Under the pieces are notes generated by a model. It did no database searches, was not told where the DNA came from, and was given only the letters and a program-made list of their open reading frames with translations. From contig JAHDBA010000013.1 in the NCBI GenBank assembly GCA_020630615.1, positions 4,994 through 68,993 of the forward strand: a DNA stretch of 64,000 bases, in the 5' to 3' direction. Positions 34,952-44,054 of this stretch are shown one piece after another. How positions within the stretch are numbered: position 1 is the first letter of the stretch; each line of letters begins with the position of its first letter. This stretch comes from Myxococcota bacterium. GTDB lineage: Bacteria > Myxococcota > UBA727 > JAHDBA01. Position numbers and translations under genes: made by a program.

Positions 34952-36295
34952 TTAGAGTGCGTTCGCCGCAACCTCTGCCAGAGGTGAACGCTCCCCACGA
35001 CTTAAGGTGACGTGTGCAGCGAGAGGCTGATCTCTTAAGCGTTCCACCACATGAATTAGGCCATTGTTTGAATGATCCACATAGGGGTTGTCAATCTGAT
35101 ACGGGTCACCCGTCAGAATGATCTTGGTGCCTTCCCCAGCCCTTGAAACAATGGTTTTCACTTCATGGGGTGTTAAGTTTTGTGCTTCATCCACAATCAT
35201 GTACTGATTTGGAATCGAACGCCCTCGAATATAGGTCAAGGGTTCAATCTGCATGACATCCATGTCGATAAGTTCCCGATACGATCGCCCTCGAGCTTTA
35301 TCTTCTTTCTTCAAACCCATCAGCAATTCAACATTATCAAAGATCGGTTGCATCCATGGATTGAGTTTTTCTTCAACGTCACCCGGCAAATACCCAAGGT
35401 CCCGTCCCAATGGGAAGATAGGACGCGAGATTAAACAGCGTTGATAGACTCCCGCATCGGTTGTCTTTGATAATCCGGCAGCAATCGCCAGAAGCGTTTT
35501 ACCGGTACCGGCTTTGCCCACCAAAGTGACCAGTCGAATAGTGTCGTCAAGCAACGCGTCAAGGGCGAAGTGCTGCTCTCGGTTCCTTGGGCGCAACCCC
35601 CAAACGTTCTGTTTCAGGTTCACGATTGGCTTTGCGAGAACCTTGCCTTGCTCGTCAACCAAAACTCGAGCAAGGCCGGTATGAGAATCGTTGGAGGCAT
35701 CGTTCATCACCAAGAATTGGTTTGGGCTCACGCTTTCCTCACCGAACATCTCTGTCGTGCATTCGACTTCGCCTTGAGCGTAGAGTGTATCGATAATCTC
35801 CCCAGCAACGTTGATTTCTGCAAGCCCGGAATAGTGCTCGTCCATTTGCAATCGATCGTGCTCGTAGTCTTGCGCTTCAACACCAATAGCATTGGCTCGT
35901 ATTCGCAAGTTGGTGTCTTTCGTGACGAGAATGACCTTCTCTTCACCTTTTTTGGCTTCTGAAAGCTCCCAGGCGACCGCTAGAATCTTAGCGTCTTGCC
36001 CACGATCCGTCGTGATGTAGGTTGGTAAGCCGCGCTCGGTTGTCGCAACACGAATCATCCCTGCATCTTCAGTGCGCACACCTTCCGTCAAAGGCCCTTG
36101 CTTGCAAAGTTCATCCAGTTGGCGACTTGCTTGGCGCGCGTTGCGCCCAAGTTCGGAAAGATCCTTCTTAAAACCATCAATCTCTTCGACAACGTAAATT
36201 GGGATCACAACTTCATTTTCTTCGAAATGAAAAATCGCACCGGGGTCATGGAGAAGGATATTCGTATCAAGAACAAAAGTCTTTTTCATGAGCAA
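34952..36295 (-). CDS. PIN-domain + PhoH-like ATPase fusion (PhoH2 / YlaK type)
   Basis: N-terminal PIN (FVLDTNILLHDP). Walker A GKAGTGKTLLA. PhoH motifs IVDEAQNLTPHE, GDPYQID. Confidence 0.9.
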   Translation of the reverse strand: MLMKKTFVLDTNILLHDPGAIFHFEENEVVIPIYVVEEIDGFKKDLSELGRNARQASRQLDELCKQGPLTEGVRTEDAGMIRVATTERGLPTYITTDRGQDAKILAVAWELSEAKKGEEKVILVTKDTNLRIRANAIGVEAQDYEHDRLQMDEHYSGLAEINVAGEIIDTLYAQGEVECTTEMFGEESVSPNQFLVMNDASNDSHTGLARVLVDEQGKVLAKPIVNLKQNVWGLRPRNREQHFALDALLDDTIRLVTLVGKAGTGKTLLAIAAGLSKTTDAGVYQRCLISRPIFPLGRDLGYLPGDVEEKLNPWMQPIFDNVELLMGLKKEDKARGRSYRELIDMDVMQIEPLTYIRGRSIPNQYMIVDEAQNLTPHEVKTIVSRAGEGTKIILTGDPYQIDNPYVDHSNNGLIHVVERLRDQPLAAHVTLSRGERSPLAEVAANAL

Positions 36296-36411
36296 AGCAT
36301 GTCATAACTCACTTCGCTGCTCCAAACCCCAAAACAAGAAAAGAGACATCACAACAACGCAAAGCCAGTTGAGCATGGGATTTGTCGGAATACAAAGAGA
36401 GAAGCGTCGCA

Positions 36412-36984
36412 TCAACCTTTTTCTGCTTCGTCCTCTTCTTCCATACTTGAGATTTCAACGAGAATGTCCCCGGAATCAACGGTATCTCCAGCTCGAACTT
36501 TGATACTCGTAATCTTTCCTGGACAAGGTGCACGTAAGACGTTCTCCATCTTCATCGCCTCAACAACTACAACGCTCTCGCCTTCTGCAACCTCATCGCC
36601 TTCCTCAACAGAGAGTCTCAAAACTTTACCTGGCATCGGCGATTCGATCTGCGCCCCGCTCCCAGCGAAGCTATCCCCGGATAAGGCCTTCATGCGTCGC
36701 CGACGTTCTTCAAGAATATCGAGTTTGATCACTCGGCCTTGTACTTTGACAGCAACACGACCATCAAGGGTATCGTTGATATCCCCCACACGTTCAACAA
36801 CAACATCGTACGAACGACCATCGATGATCAGTGATACATCGTGTTGCCCCAGAAAGTGTGGGTTGACGCTCACTTCACGTGCGCCTACGCGAAGGTCATA
36901 AACACCGTCGTCATGTTTCTTTAGAATCTCAACATGACGCTCTTCATTGTTCAACTCGGCGACGTATTTACGTTGTATCGTCAT
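36412..36984 (-). CDS. biotin carboxyl carrier protein (BT-like N-terminal segment plus biotinyl domain) of acyl-CoA carboxylase
   Basis: ATG 36984 is preceded by AAGGAA. Biotinylation motif VVVVEAMKMENVL. It begins 11 nt after the biotin carboxylase gene. Confidence 0.85.
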   Translation of the reverse strand: MTIQRKYVAELNNEERHVEILKKHDDGVYDLRVGAREVSVNPHFLGQHDVSLIIDGRSYDVVVERVGDINDTLDGRVAVKVQGRVIKLDILEERRRRMKALSGDSFAGSGAQIESPMPGKVLRLSVEEGDEVAEGESVVVVEAMKMENVLRAPCPGKITSIKVRAGDTVDSGDILVEISSMEEEDEAEKG

Positions 36985-36995
36985 AGGGTTATTCC

Positions 36996-38549
36996 TTACC
37001 ACCTTTGTGCCGTATTGCGTCGTTGCCAAACGCTTGGCTGATTCGAGCTTTCACCGTCAGCAGTGACAAGCTGCACACGCCCTTCATTGTTTTCAGCAAT
37101 TAAGGCTGCAGCAATAAGTGCAACTTCAACATGCTCCTCTGCAATCCATTGCCGGCCCTGCTCTTGCACACTTGTATTCTTTCGTTTCTCCATAAAACGC
37201 TCAACAATACCTGTGTCGTAGTTTCCGCTGGTAAACTCGGGGTTCTCAAGCATTTCGCGAATGAACATACAGTTCGTGGTCATACCCTTGAGTGTGTACC
37301 CTTGAATTGCATTTGAAAGCTTAGCGATCGCCCGCTCACGGGTTCTGGCGTGCACGATGACTTTGGCGATCATCGGATCGTAATCCGGCGTCACTTCGGA
37401 ACCCGCATAAACGCAAGAATCAATGCGGACACCGGGTCCTTTCGGTTCATCCAGTTCATGGATGGGGCCCGGAGTCGGCACAAAGCCCATCTCAGGATCT
37501 TCGGCACAAATGCGTGCCTCGATAGCCCAGCCTTGGTAATGTGTTGGCTGGTCGCCCCAAGGGAGTTTTTCACCGCGGGCAACTCGAATTTGAGCCTCGA
37601 CCAAATCAAGCCCTGTTATTTCTTCGGTCACGGGGTGCTCAACCTGAAGACGCGTATTCATCTCCATGAAGTAGAAGTTCTTGTGTTTATCGACCAAGAA
37701 TTCAACCGTTCCAGCACCAAGATAATTCACAGCCTTGGCTGCACGACACGCAATGTCACCCATTGCTTTTCGCATGGCTGGGTCCACAAAAGGACTCGGG
37801 GCTTCTTCGATTACTTTTTGATGCCTTCGCTGAACGGAACACTCCCGTTCAAAAAGATGATGAACTTGGCCGTGTGCATCTGCAAAAACTTGGATTTCAA
37901 TATGATGAGGTTCTTCAAGAAACTTCTCAATATACACTTCATCGTCACCGAACGAGTTGCGTGCCTCCGAGCGCGCAGAACTCCATGCGTCCGAAAACTC
38001 TGCTGCGCTGGACACCTTTCGCATCCCTTTGCCACCACCTCCGGCGGATGCTTTCAACATCACGGGAAAACCAATGGACTCAGCATATGTCAACGCTTCA
38101 ACTTCGTCATCAATGCCTTCTTCAAGGCCAGGGACCACTGGAACATTGGCAGACGACATCAACCTGCGTGCTTGCGTCTTGGTCGCCATGGACTCCATTG
38201 CACTGGGTGGTGGTCCAATAAAAGTGAAGCCCGCGTCTTTAACTGCACGTGCGAAGCTCGGGTTTTCAGACAAGAACCCGTACCCCGGATGGATTGCATC
38301 GGCACCACTTCGTTTTGCGATTTCCAGAATACGGTCGACGCGCAAATAGCTTTCGCTCGCTGCAGCAGGGCCCACATGATAAGCTTCTTTCGCCATCCGG
38401 ACATGCATTGCAGCACGGTCTGGGTCTGAATAGATTGCGACGGTCGGGATTCCCATCTCGTGGCAGCTTCGAATCACCCGAACCGCAATCTCACCACGAT
38501 TGGCGATCAGAACCTTGGTAACTTTCCCTGTGAAATCTTTTAAATTCAT
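36996..38549 (-). CDS. accC: biotin carboxylase subunit of acetyl/propionyl-CoA carboxylase (no fused BCCP)
   Basis: KVLIANRGEIAVRVIRSC, the ATP-grasp glycine loop ASAGGGGKGMR, and MEMNTRLQVEHPVTE. Confidence 0.95.
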   Translation of the reverse strand: MNLKDFTGKVTKVLIANRGEIAVRVIRSCHEMGIPTVAIYSDPDRAAMHVRMAKEAYHVGPAAASESYLRVDRILEIAKRSGADAIHPGYGFLSENPSFARAVKDAGFTFIGPPPSAMESMATKTQARRLMSSANVPVVPGLEEGIDDEVEALTYAESIGFPVMLKASAGGGGKGMRKVSSAAEFSDAWSSARSEARNSFGDDEVYIEKFLEEPHHIEIQVFADAHGQVHHLFERECSVQRRHQKVIEEAPSPFVDPAMRKAMGDIACRAAKAVNYLGAGTVEFLVDKHKNFYFMEMNTRLQVEHPVTEEITGLDLVEAQIRVARGEKLPWGDQPTHYQGWAIEARICAEDPEMGFVPTPGPIHELDEPKGPGVRIDSCVYAGSEVTPDYDPMIAKVIVHARTRERAIAKLSNAIQGYTLKGMTTNCMFIREMLENPEFTSGNYDTGIVERFMEKRKNTSVQEQGRQWIAEEHVEVALIAAALIAENNEGRVQLVTADGESSNQPSVWQRRNTAQRW

Positions 38550-38588
38550 CGTAACCTCACCACAAGAATGGAAAGCAAAGCTCCACCT

Positions 38589-40157
38589 TTAGAGCGGCAT
38601 GTTTCCATGCTTCTTTGCAGGCAAATCATCGCGTTTGTTTGCAAGCATTTCCAGTGCTTGACATAGCCTGGAACGCATTTGTTCGGGATAAATAACCTCA
38701 TCAATATACCCAAGCTCAGCCGCCTTATAAGGCGTCTGAAATTTCTCAGCGTAATCTTCGGAGAGCTCTTTGAGACGTGCGTCCGGGTCTTTTGAGTTTT
38801 TGAGTTCGCGACGTTGAATAATATTCACAGCACCGGAAGCGCCCATCACTGCGATTTCTGCCGTCGGTAGAGCGAGGTTTAGGTCCCCCCGCAAATGTTT
38901 GGGTGACATGACACAATACGCTCCACCGTAAGCTTTTCGAAGAATCACTGTCATCTTGGGTACCGTCGCCTCTGCGAATGCATAAAGAAGCTTAGCGCCG
39001 TGTCGAATTATTCCACCAAACTCTTGTTGCGTACCGGGAAGAAAGCCTGGGACATCAACATAGGTCAAAAGCGGAATGTTAAACGCGTCACAAAAACGAA
39101 CAAAGCGCGCAGCCTTGTCCGATGCGTTAATGTCCAAAGCGCCCGCGAGCACCTGAGGCTGATTGGCCACAACCCCAACAGAGCGTCCCATCAAACGGGT
39201 GAAGCCAATCACAATATTCGGCGCAAAATGGGCATGGACTTCAAAAAAGTTCCTGTCGTCGGCCACCGCTTGAATCACATCTCGAACGTCATAGGGCTGG
39301 TTAGGATTCACTGGAATCATCGAAGCAAGTTCGGGGTCCGAGCGCGTCGGCTCATCCTGTGTCGGAATCCGAGGTGGCAGCTCTGAGTTGTTGCTAGGAA
39401 TATAGGAAAGAAGTGAACGAATGTGAGCTATCGCTTGAGCGTCATCGTTCGCTGCAAAGTGTGCCACACCACTTTTCTTGTTGTGCGTTAGCGCTCCGCC
39501 CAGCTCTTCCATGGTCACTTCTTCATGCGTGACTGTTTTAATGACATCCGGGCCGGTAAGAAACATGTAGCTTGTATCTTTAGCCATCACGACAAAGTCC
39601 GTCAAAGCTGGAGAATAAACCGCTCCACCTGCGCACGGCCCAAGAATCGCACTCAACTGCGGGATCACGCCCGATGCGAGTGTATTTCGACAGAAAATAT
39701 CTGCATATCCCGCAAGAGAAACAACGCCTTCTTGAATCCGCGCACCACCACTATCATTCAAACCAATAATGGGAGCGCCAACTTTCATGGCTGCATCGAA
39801 GATTTTACAAATCTTCTGCGCAACTACTTCAGAAAGAGAACCGCCGAACTGCGTAAAATCTTGCGCAAAGACAAAAACTTGTCGGCCTTCAACCATTCCG
39901 TAACCGGTGACAACGCCGTCACCGATGGGTTGCTTCTTGTCCATTTCAAAATCGGTGCATCGGTGGGTTCGAAATTTGTCGAGTTCAACAAAGGTCCCGG
40001 CATCCACCAGGAGCTCAATGCGTTCACGCGCGAGAAGCTTACCGGCATCATGTTGCTTTTGATTACGCTCTGTCCCGGCCCCCTCAAGTGCGGCTTCATT
40101 CATTGCAGCGAGACGGTTGCGCTTGGGCTGTTGATCGGTCGGTATCGTAGTGGTCAT
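38589..40157 (-). CDS. acyl-CoA carboxylase carboxyltransferase (beta) subunit, PccB/methylmalonyl-CoA carboxyltransferase 12S type
   Basis: 522 aa. Motifs: [51 protein letters not shown], and the C-terminal KHGNMPL. Confidence 0.93.
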   Translation of the reverse strand: MTTTIPTDQQPKRNRLAAMNEAALEGAGTERNQKQHDAGKLLARERIELLVDAGTFVELDKFRTHRCTDFEMDKKQPIGDGVVTGYGMVEGRQVFVFAQDFTQFGGSLSEVVAQKICKIFDAAMKVGAPIIGLNDSGGARIQEGVVSLAGYADIFCRNTLASGVIPQLSAILGPCAGGAVYSPALTDFVVMAKDTSYMFLTGPDVIKTVTHEEVTMEELGGALTHNKKSGVAHFAANDDAQAIAHIRSLLSYIPSNNSELPPRIPTQDEPTRSDPELASMIPVNPNQPYDVRDVIQAVADDRNFFEVHAHFAPNIVIGFTRLMGRSVGVVANQPQVLAGALDINASDKAARFVRFCDAFNIPLLTYVDVPGFLPGTQQEFGGIIRHGAKLLYAFAEATVPKMTVILRKAYGGAYCVMSPKHLRGDLNLALPTAEIAVMGASGAVNIIQRRELKNSKDPDARLKELSEDYAEKFQTPYKAAELGYIDEVIYPEQMRSRLCQALEMLANKRDDLPAKKHGNMPL

Positions 40158-40339
40158 GCGTCACCTCAACTAAGTGGAAGCTTAGCCGATTAAAACGAGA
40201 TGGTCCCGAAGAAAAGAATGATTCTCACGATGCAGTCTCGCGAGCAAATGTCTCAGCGACTTGTGCACTGCGTCACCGTTGCTATCCTTCTTACGCAAAG
40301 GAGCTTTCGAGACAGGGGCTCTGATCAAAGGGCGCCACT

Positions 40340-42121
40340 ATGCGAATCAAAGAACTCTCAAAGCCAGATTTGAACTCGTTAATCAACGCCGATGCAACTG
40401 CCTTTGCTCAGGTATGGCCAGAACTTTCGGCAAAGAATAGGGTTACAGCTCTCATTGAACGAAAGGATACCCGCGAAGTACTAAAAGCGATTGCACCGCA
40501 AGATATTTTTCTAACCCTTCGTGAAGTTGGAGCGAGCGATTGCCTCGAGATTCTTGAGCTACTTCCGCAAGAAAGTGTTCAGGCAATTTTCGATATGGAT
40601 GGTTGGAAGAACCATCGAGTTGATGCTGCTGCGATCGGAGACTGGGTAGAGCTCCTCTTTGCTGCCAACCCTGATGTTGCCGTTTCAAGAATTCATCAAC
40701 TTGATATTGAGTCGGTTTCCTTGCTTTTAAAAATTCACTGCCAGGTTTTTGATATCGATTTGGATGAAGGTCAAATTCCCAGTGTCCCCAACCTTCACAT
40801 CATCTCGCCCGATCAACGGCTGATCGTAATTTTCAAGGAACATCCCTACACAGAAAAGCTGTGTCGGGGTCTCAAGGCTTATCTCGAAGGAATTTTTGCC
40901 CGTGACATGCAATATGCCCTGCGTCTTATCGAGGCGATTCGTTGGGAGCTCCCTTCCCAACTGGAAGAAGAAGCCCTGCGCTTTCGAAATGCTCGAATGT
41001 GTGACCTCGGCTTTCCGGATCCATCTGAAGCGTGGGAGGTCTTTGCCTTCCGTGATCCCGATGCCGCACTGACAACGCAACGTGAGAGTGACAATGCTTC
41101 GCAAGAAGGCTTAGTCCTACGAGCAAACACACCACTCTTTTTGTCTGTGGACAGCACTCCAGGGGCCACATTCTTCACAGAAGTGTTCTCACAATTAGAA
41201 CCTCAACACCAAGACTCTGTCGCACGCGAAGTGGTAGCACTCACAAATCGTTTGCTCTTGGCATGGCACGATGATTTGGGAGAAAATGAAAACCTCAAAG
41301 TGCGTCTTCAAGAATGTGTCAGTTTAATTGGTATTGGGCTTCGATACCGGAGTCAAGACAATCCAAGCGAGGCCATTGCACTCTTAGAGCAGCATCATGC
41401 GAAGGAAATCTTTCATGTCGGTTACGGTCTCTTCTTGCGCGTTGTAAGGCGCTTCAACTCGACACTACGTAAAGCAGAGAATGGCTTTGATGCTTTGGGG
41501 TTGAGTTTGCTCGACTCACCCTTGAAAGAGTGTGTTGAGGGATTACGACAGGGCTTCCCGCTGATTTTTCGGGGGCTTTTTGATGCATCTCAAGTCCACT
41601 TCACGACACCGCAGGGCTTACAGGACATCGCATTGTTGGCGCGAACGCTCACAGAAATTACACTTCGCCGGTGGTGGATATCGACTTTGCTCTCACCCGA
41701 TCTTCATGAGACGCTTGAAGGTCTCGCCGTAAAAGACCGTCCGAAGGACAGTCAATTGATGATGAATCATTTCATTACGAAAATGAATCTTGGGGTCAAC
41801 ACGCGTGGCGCTCTCGACTTACAAACTCCCGAGACAAAGAAAGCCTTGCATCTTTTTGCATCGATGAATGAAGACGAATGGAATAAAAAGATCGCTGATA
41901 TTTTTGGCGACCTCGAGAACGATGTTGAAAATGCAATCCCGACAGCGACAATCGAGCTCTCACCCCAAGAGCTACGCAAACGCGTCTTTGCCTATACGAA
42001 GCGCGTTCTAGACCACGCTCGAGACCAAATATTAAAAGAAGACCCCGCTTTTATCGAATGGGACAAGAATGCCCTTTTTTGGACTGGAAACAATGAAAGC
42101 AAAGCAACTCGTGGAGATTAA
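40340..42121 (+). CDS. conserved hypothetical protein with an MgtE-N-like N-terminal helical segment
   Basis: 593-aa ORF. The N-terminus (LLPQESVQAIFDMDGWKNHRVD) resembles the MgtE intracellular N domain pattern. No catalytic motifs. Confidence 0.55.
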   Translation: MRIKELSKPDLNSLINADATAFAQVWPELSAKNRVTALIERKDTREVLKAIAPQDIFLTLREVGASDCLEILELLPQESVQAIFDMDGWKNHRVDAAAIGDWVELLFAANPDVAVSRIHQLDIESVSLLLKIHCQVFDIDLDEGQIPSVPNLHIISPDQRLIVIFKEHPYTEKLCRGLKAYLEGIFARDMQYALRLIEAIRWELPSQLEEEALRFRNARMCDLGFPDPSEAWEVFAFRDPDAALTTQRESDNASQEGLVLRANTPLFLSVDSTPGATFFTEVFSQLEPQHQDSVAREVVALTNRLLLAWHDDLGENENLKVRLQECVSLIGIGLRYRSQDNPSEAIALLEQHHAKEIFHVGYGLFLRVVRRFNSTLRKAENGFDALGLSLLDSPLKECVEGLRQGFPLIFRGLFDASQVHFTTPQGLQDIALLARTLTEITLRRWWISTLLSPDLHETLEGLAVKDRPKDSQLMMNHFITKMNLGVNTRGALDLQTPETKKALHLFASMNEDEWNKKIADIFGDLENDVENAIPTATIELSPQELRKRVFAYTKRVLDHARDQILKEDPAFIEWDKNALFWTGNNESKATRGD

Positions 42122-42323
42122 AGCGAATATTTCAAAAGGAGTCAGAGATACCAGCTGTCACCACACTCTGAGCATCATGCTAACCCACTGTTTTATTTCG
42201 ATTTCACTCCTCTACGCTGTTAAACTTTAAGGAAAATACATTTTGGATGAATAAATTTTAGGTATGAACATCTAAATACAAGATAGATTTAAGATCTGAG
42301 TATTAACTCAAAGGACATTGACC

Positions 42324-43139
42324 ATGAAAAGATTTCGACCTGCTGCACTCATGACGGCCCTCATACTTTCATCGCTGACCTTCGGCTCTGCTCAGCTTGC
42401 GGCGGCACAAACGAAGCCAGAGCTTAGCGGTGAAGCGATACTCAAAGAAGCCTTCAAAGATGGGGCGAGCGGGTTTCAGAAAGGGAGTGCTCTCCTTGAG
42501 ATGACCGTAACGAAGGCCTCTGGAAAGTCTCGCAGTCGAACCATGTCAGTAAAAGCACTTAAAAATCCCAAGACAGGTCTTTTAAAAACGCTGGTTCGTT
42601 TTGAGGCGCCTTCAACCATATCTGGAACTTCCTTTTTGGTGCTCCAAAAGAAAAACGATCTTCCGGAGCAATACGTCTATATCCCAGCGACGCAAGTTGT
42701 TCGCCGAATTGCAGCAAGCGGAGCGAACAAATCTTTTTTTGGTTCTGATTTTAACTATATTGACCTGATGCCGATGGGCTCCGAAAATCAAGATAAGGTT
42801 TCGATTCAGCGTTTGCCAGACTCTGAAGTGGGTGGTCAGCCGGTGTATGTGGTGGAGGTTAGCCCGAAGGTGATGGGCTCACCCTACAAAAAACTCATCA
42901 CCTATATCCATCAAGAAAAAAATACGCCTTTGAAGATGGAATTTTTTGACCCGCAAGGCGCACTCTTAAAGAAACTTGTTATGCAAAAAATGAAAAAGTT
43001 GAACGGGAAATTGGTGCCGGTTGAGATGAAGATGAGCAACGTCCAAAAAGGTTCAAACACTGTGATTGTGATTAAAGAAAGCAACCCTGAGGCGAAACTT
43101 AGCGATGATATGTTTACACAAGAAGCAATGCAGCTTTAA
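42324..43139 (+). CDS. LolA-like outer-membrane lipoprotein-sorting family protein
   Basis: ATG 42324 has AAAGGA 8 nt upstream. Signal peptide MKRFRPAALMTALILSSLTFGSAQLAAA. YVYIPATQVVRRIAASGANKSFFGSDFNYIDL matches the family's conserved core as I recall it. Confidence 0.65.
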   Translation: MKRFRPAALMTALILSSLTFGSAQLAAAQTKPELSGEAILKEAFKDGASGFQKGSALLEMTVTKASGKSRSRTMSVKALKNPKTGLLKTLVRFEAPSTISGTSFLVLQKKNDLPEQYVYIPATQVVRRIAASGANKSFFGSDFNYIDLMPMGSENQDKVSIQRLPDSEVGGQPVYVVEVSPKVMGSPYKKLITYIHQEKNTPLKMEFFDPQGALLKKLVMQKMKKLNGKLVPVEMKMSNVQKGSNTVIVIKESNPEAKLSDDMFTQEAMQL

Positions 43140-43148
43140 GAGGCCTGT

Positions 43149-44054
43149 ATGAAGCCAAGCAGCAATGCTGTCACAACAATCGATCTTAACGTTGGGCCTG
43201 GTCTCAGCGTTTCTTTTTTTGGTTCGAGTTTTGATTGGGCAACTATCGATACGCTCTTCTTGCATGGTTATCTCGATTGCGCGGGAAGCTTTGAAGATCT
43301 CATCGACAGGGCGAACTTTAGAGAGCGTGCGCTCGCTTTAGATTGGAGGGGGCACGGAGAGAGTCAGTGGGTTGGCCCAGGTGGAAGCTACCATTTGCTC
43401 GATCATTTGAAAGATTTAAGCGGCACCTTGGAGTACCTACAGACACAAGGCTGCACCATACGAAATGTTGTTGCCCACTCCATGGGTGGCAATGTTGCAC
43501 TTCTTTTTGCGGGTCTACGTTCGTCGAAGCTGCGCCATCTGATTCTCTTGGATATTCTGGGACCGCCATCAGAAGATTCGCTTGCCCAAATTAAGCGTCT
43601 TCAGGATTTACTCGATTCTCACACAAAGCCTAAGCGTTGGATTTCAGTACGAGACAGAGAAGCTCTTATTGAACGACTATGTCAACATAACCCAAAGCTT
43701 TCAAAGGCGGGTGCCTGTCGGATGGCTCGCTACGCTCTCAAACCCATCGAGGAAAAAGGGGAATCACGTTTTAACTTTAAAATGGATCCACGCTTACGAG
43801 GCCCCACCCCAATGCGCTACCCGGAGCCTTTTTATGAAGCCTTGTTCACGAATATTGAGGCTCGAATTTTCTTCGTAGGTGCTGAACATGGGTACATTCC
43901 CAGTGCCTTCGTAAAAAAAAGAGCGAAATACTTTCGCTCGTTTCAGGAGTCATGGATTAACGCTACCGGTCATCATGTACACGTTGATGCTCACGAAGAA
44001 CTTGGAGAGCTTCTCCAAAGTTTTCTTAGTGGGTCTTTCGACGACAACGGATGA
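43149..44054 (+). CDS. alpha/beta-fold hydrolase
   Basis: LFLHGYLDCAGSF (oxyanion region), nucleophile elbow VVAHSMGGNVA, and a C-terminal His (GHHVHVDAHEE). 9 nt after the LolA-like gene. Confidence 0.8.
   Translation: MKPSSNAVTTIDLNVGPGLSVSFFGSSFDWATIDTLFLHGYLDCAGSFEDLIDRANFRERALALDWRGHGESQWVGPGGSYHLLDHLKDLSGTLEYLQTQGCTIRNVVAHSMGGNVALLFAGLRSSKLRHLILLDILGPPSEDSLAQIKRLQDLLDSHTKPKRWISVRDREALIERLCQHNPKLSKAGACRMARYALKPIEEKGESRFNFKMDPRLRGPTPMRYPEPFYEALFTNIEARIFFVGAEHGYIPSAFVKKRAKYFRSFQESWINATGHHVHVDAHEELGELLQSFLSGSFDDNG

Noticed and set aside
34952-36295. PIN-PhoH as a toxin-antitoxin toxin
   Set aside because: No small adjacent antitoxin ORF is present. The PIN+PhoH fusion (PhoH2) is a widespread stand-alone RNA helicase/RNase architecture.
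37350-38429. 359-aa plus-strand ORF
   Set aside because: It lies entirely antisense to the strongly supported biotin carboxylase gene (36996..38549). Its composition is low-complexity and non-protein-like, with no motifs, so it is a typical shadow ORF.
39525-40193. 222-aa plus-strand ORF
   Set aside because: It is antisense to the carboxyltransferase gene 38589..40157. No motifs.
42122-42317. An AT-rich 196-nt intergenic region as a possible insertion scar or mobile-element end
   Set aside because: I noticed no inverted or direct repeats and no mobility genes nearby. It is most simply the promoter/leader region of the LolA-like/hydrolase operon.
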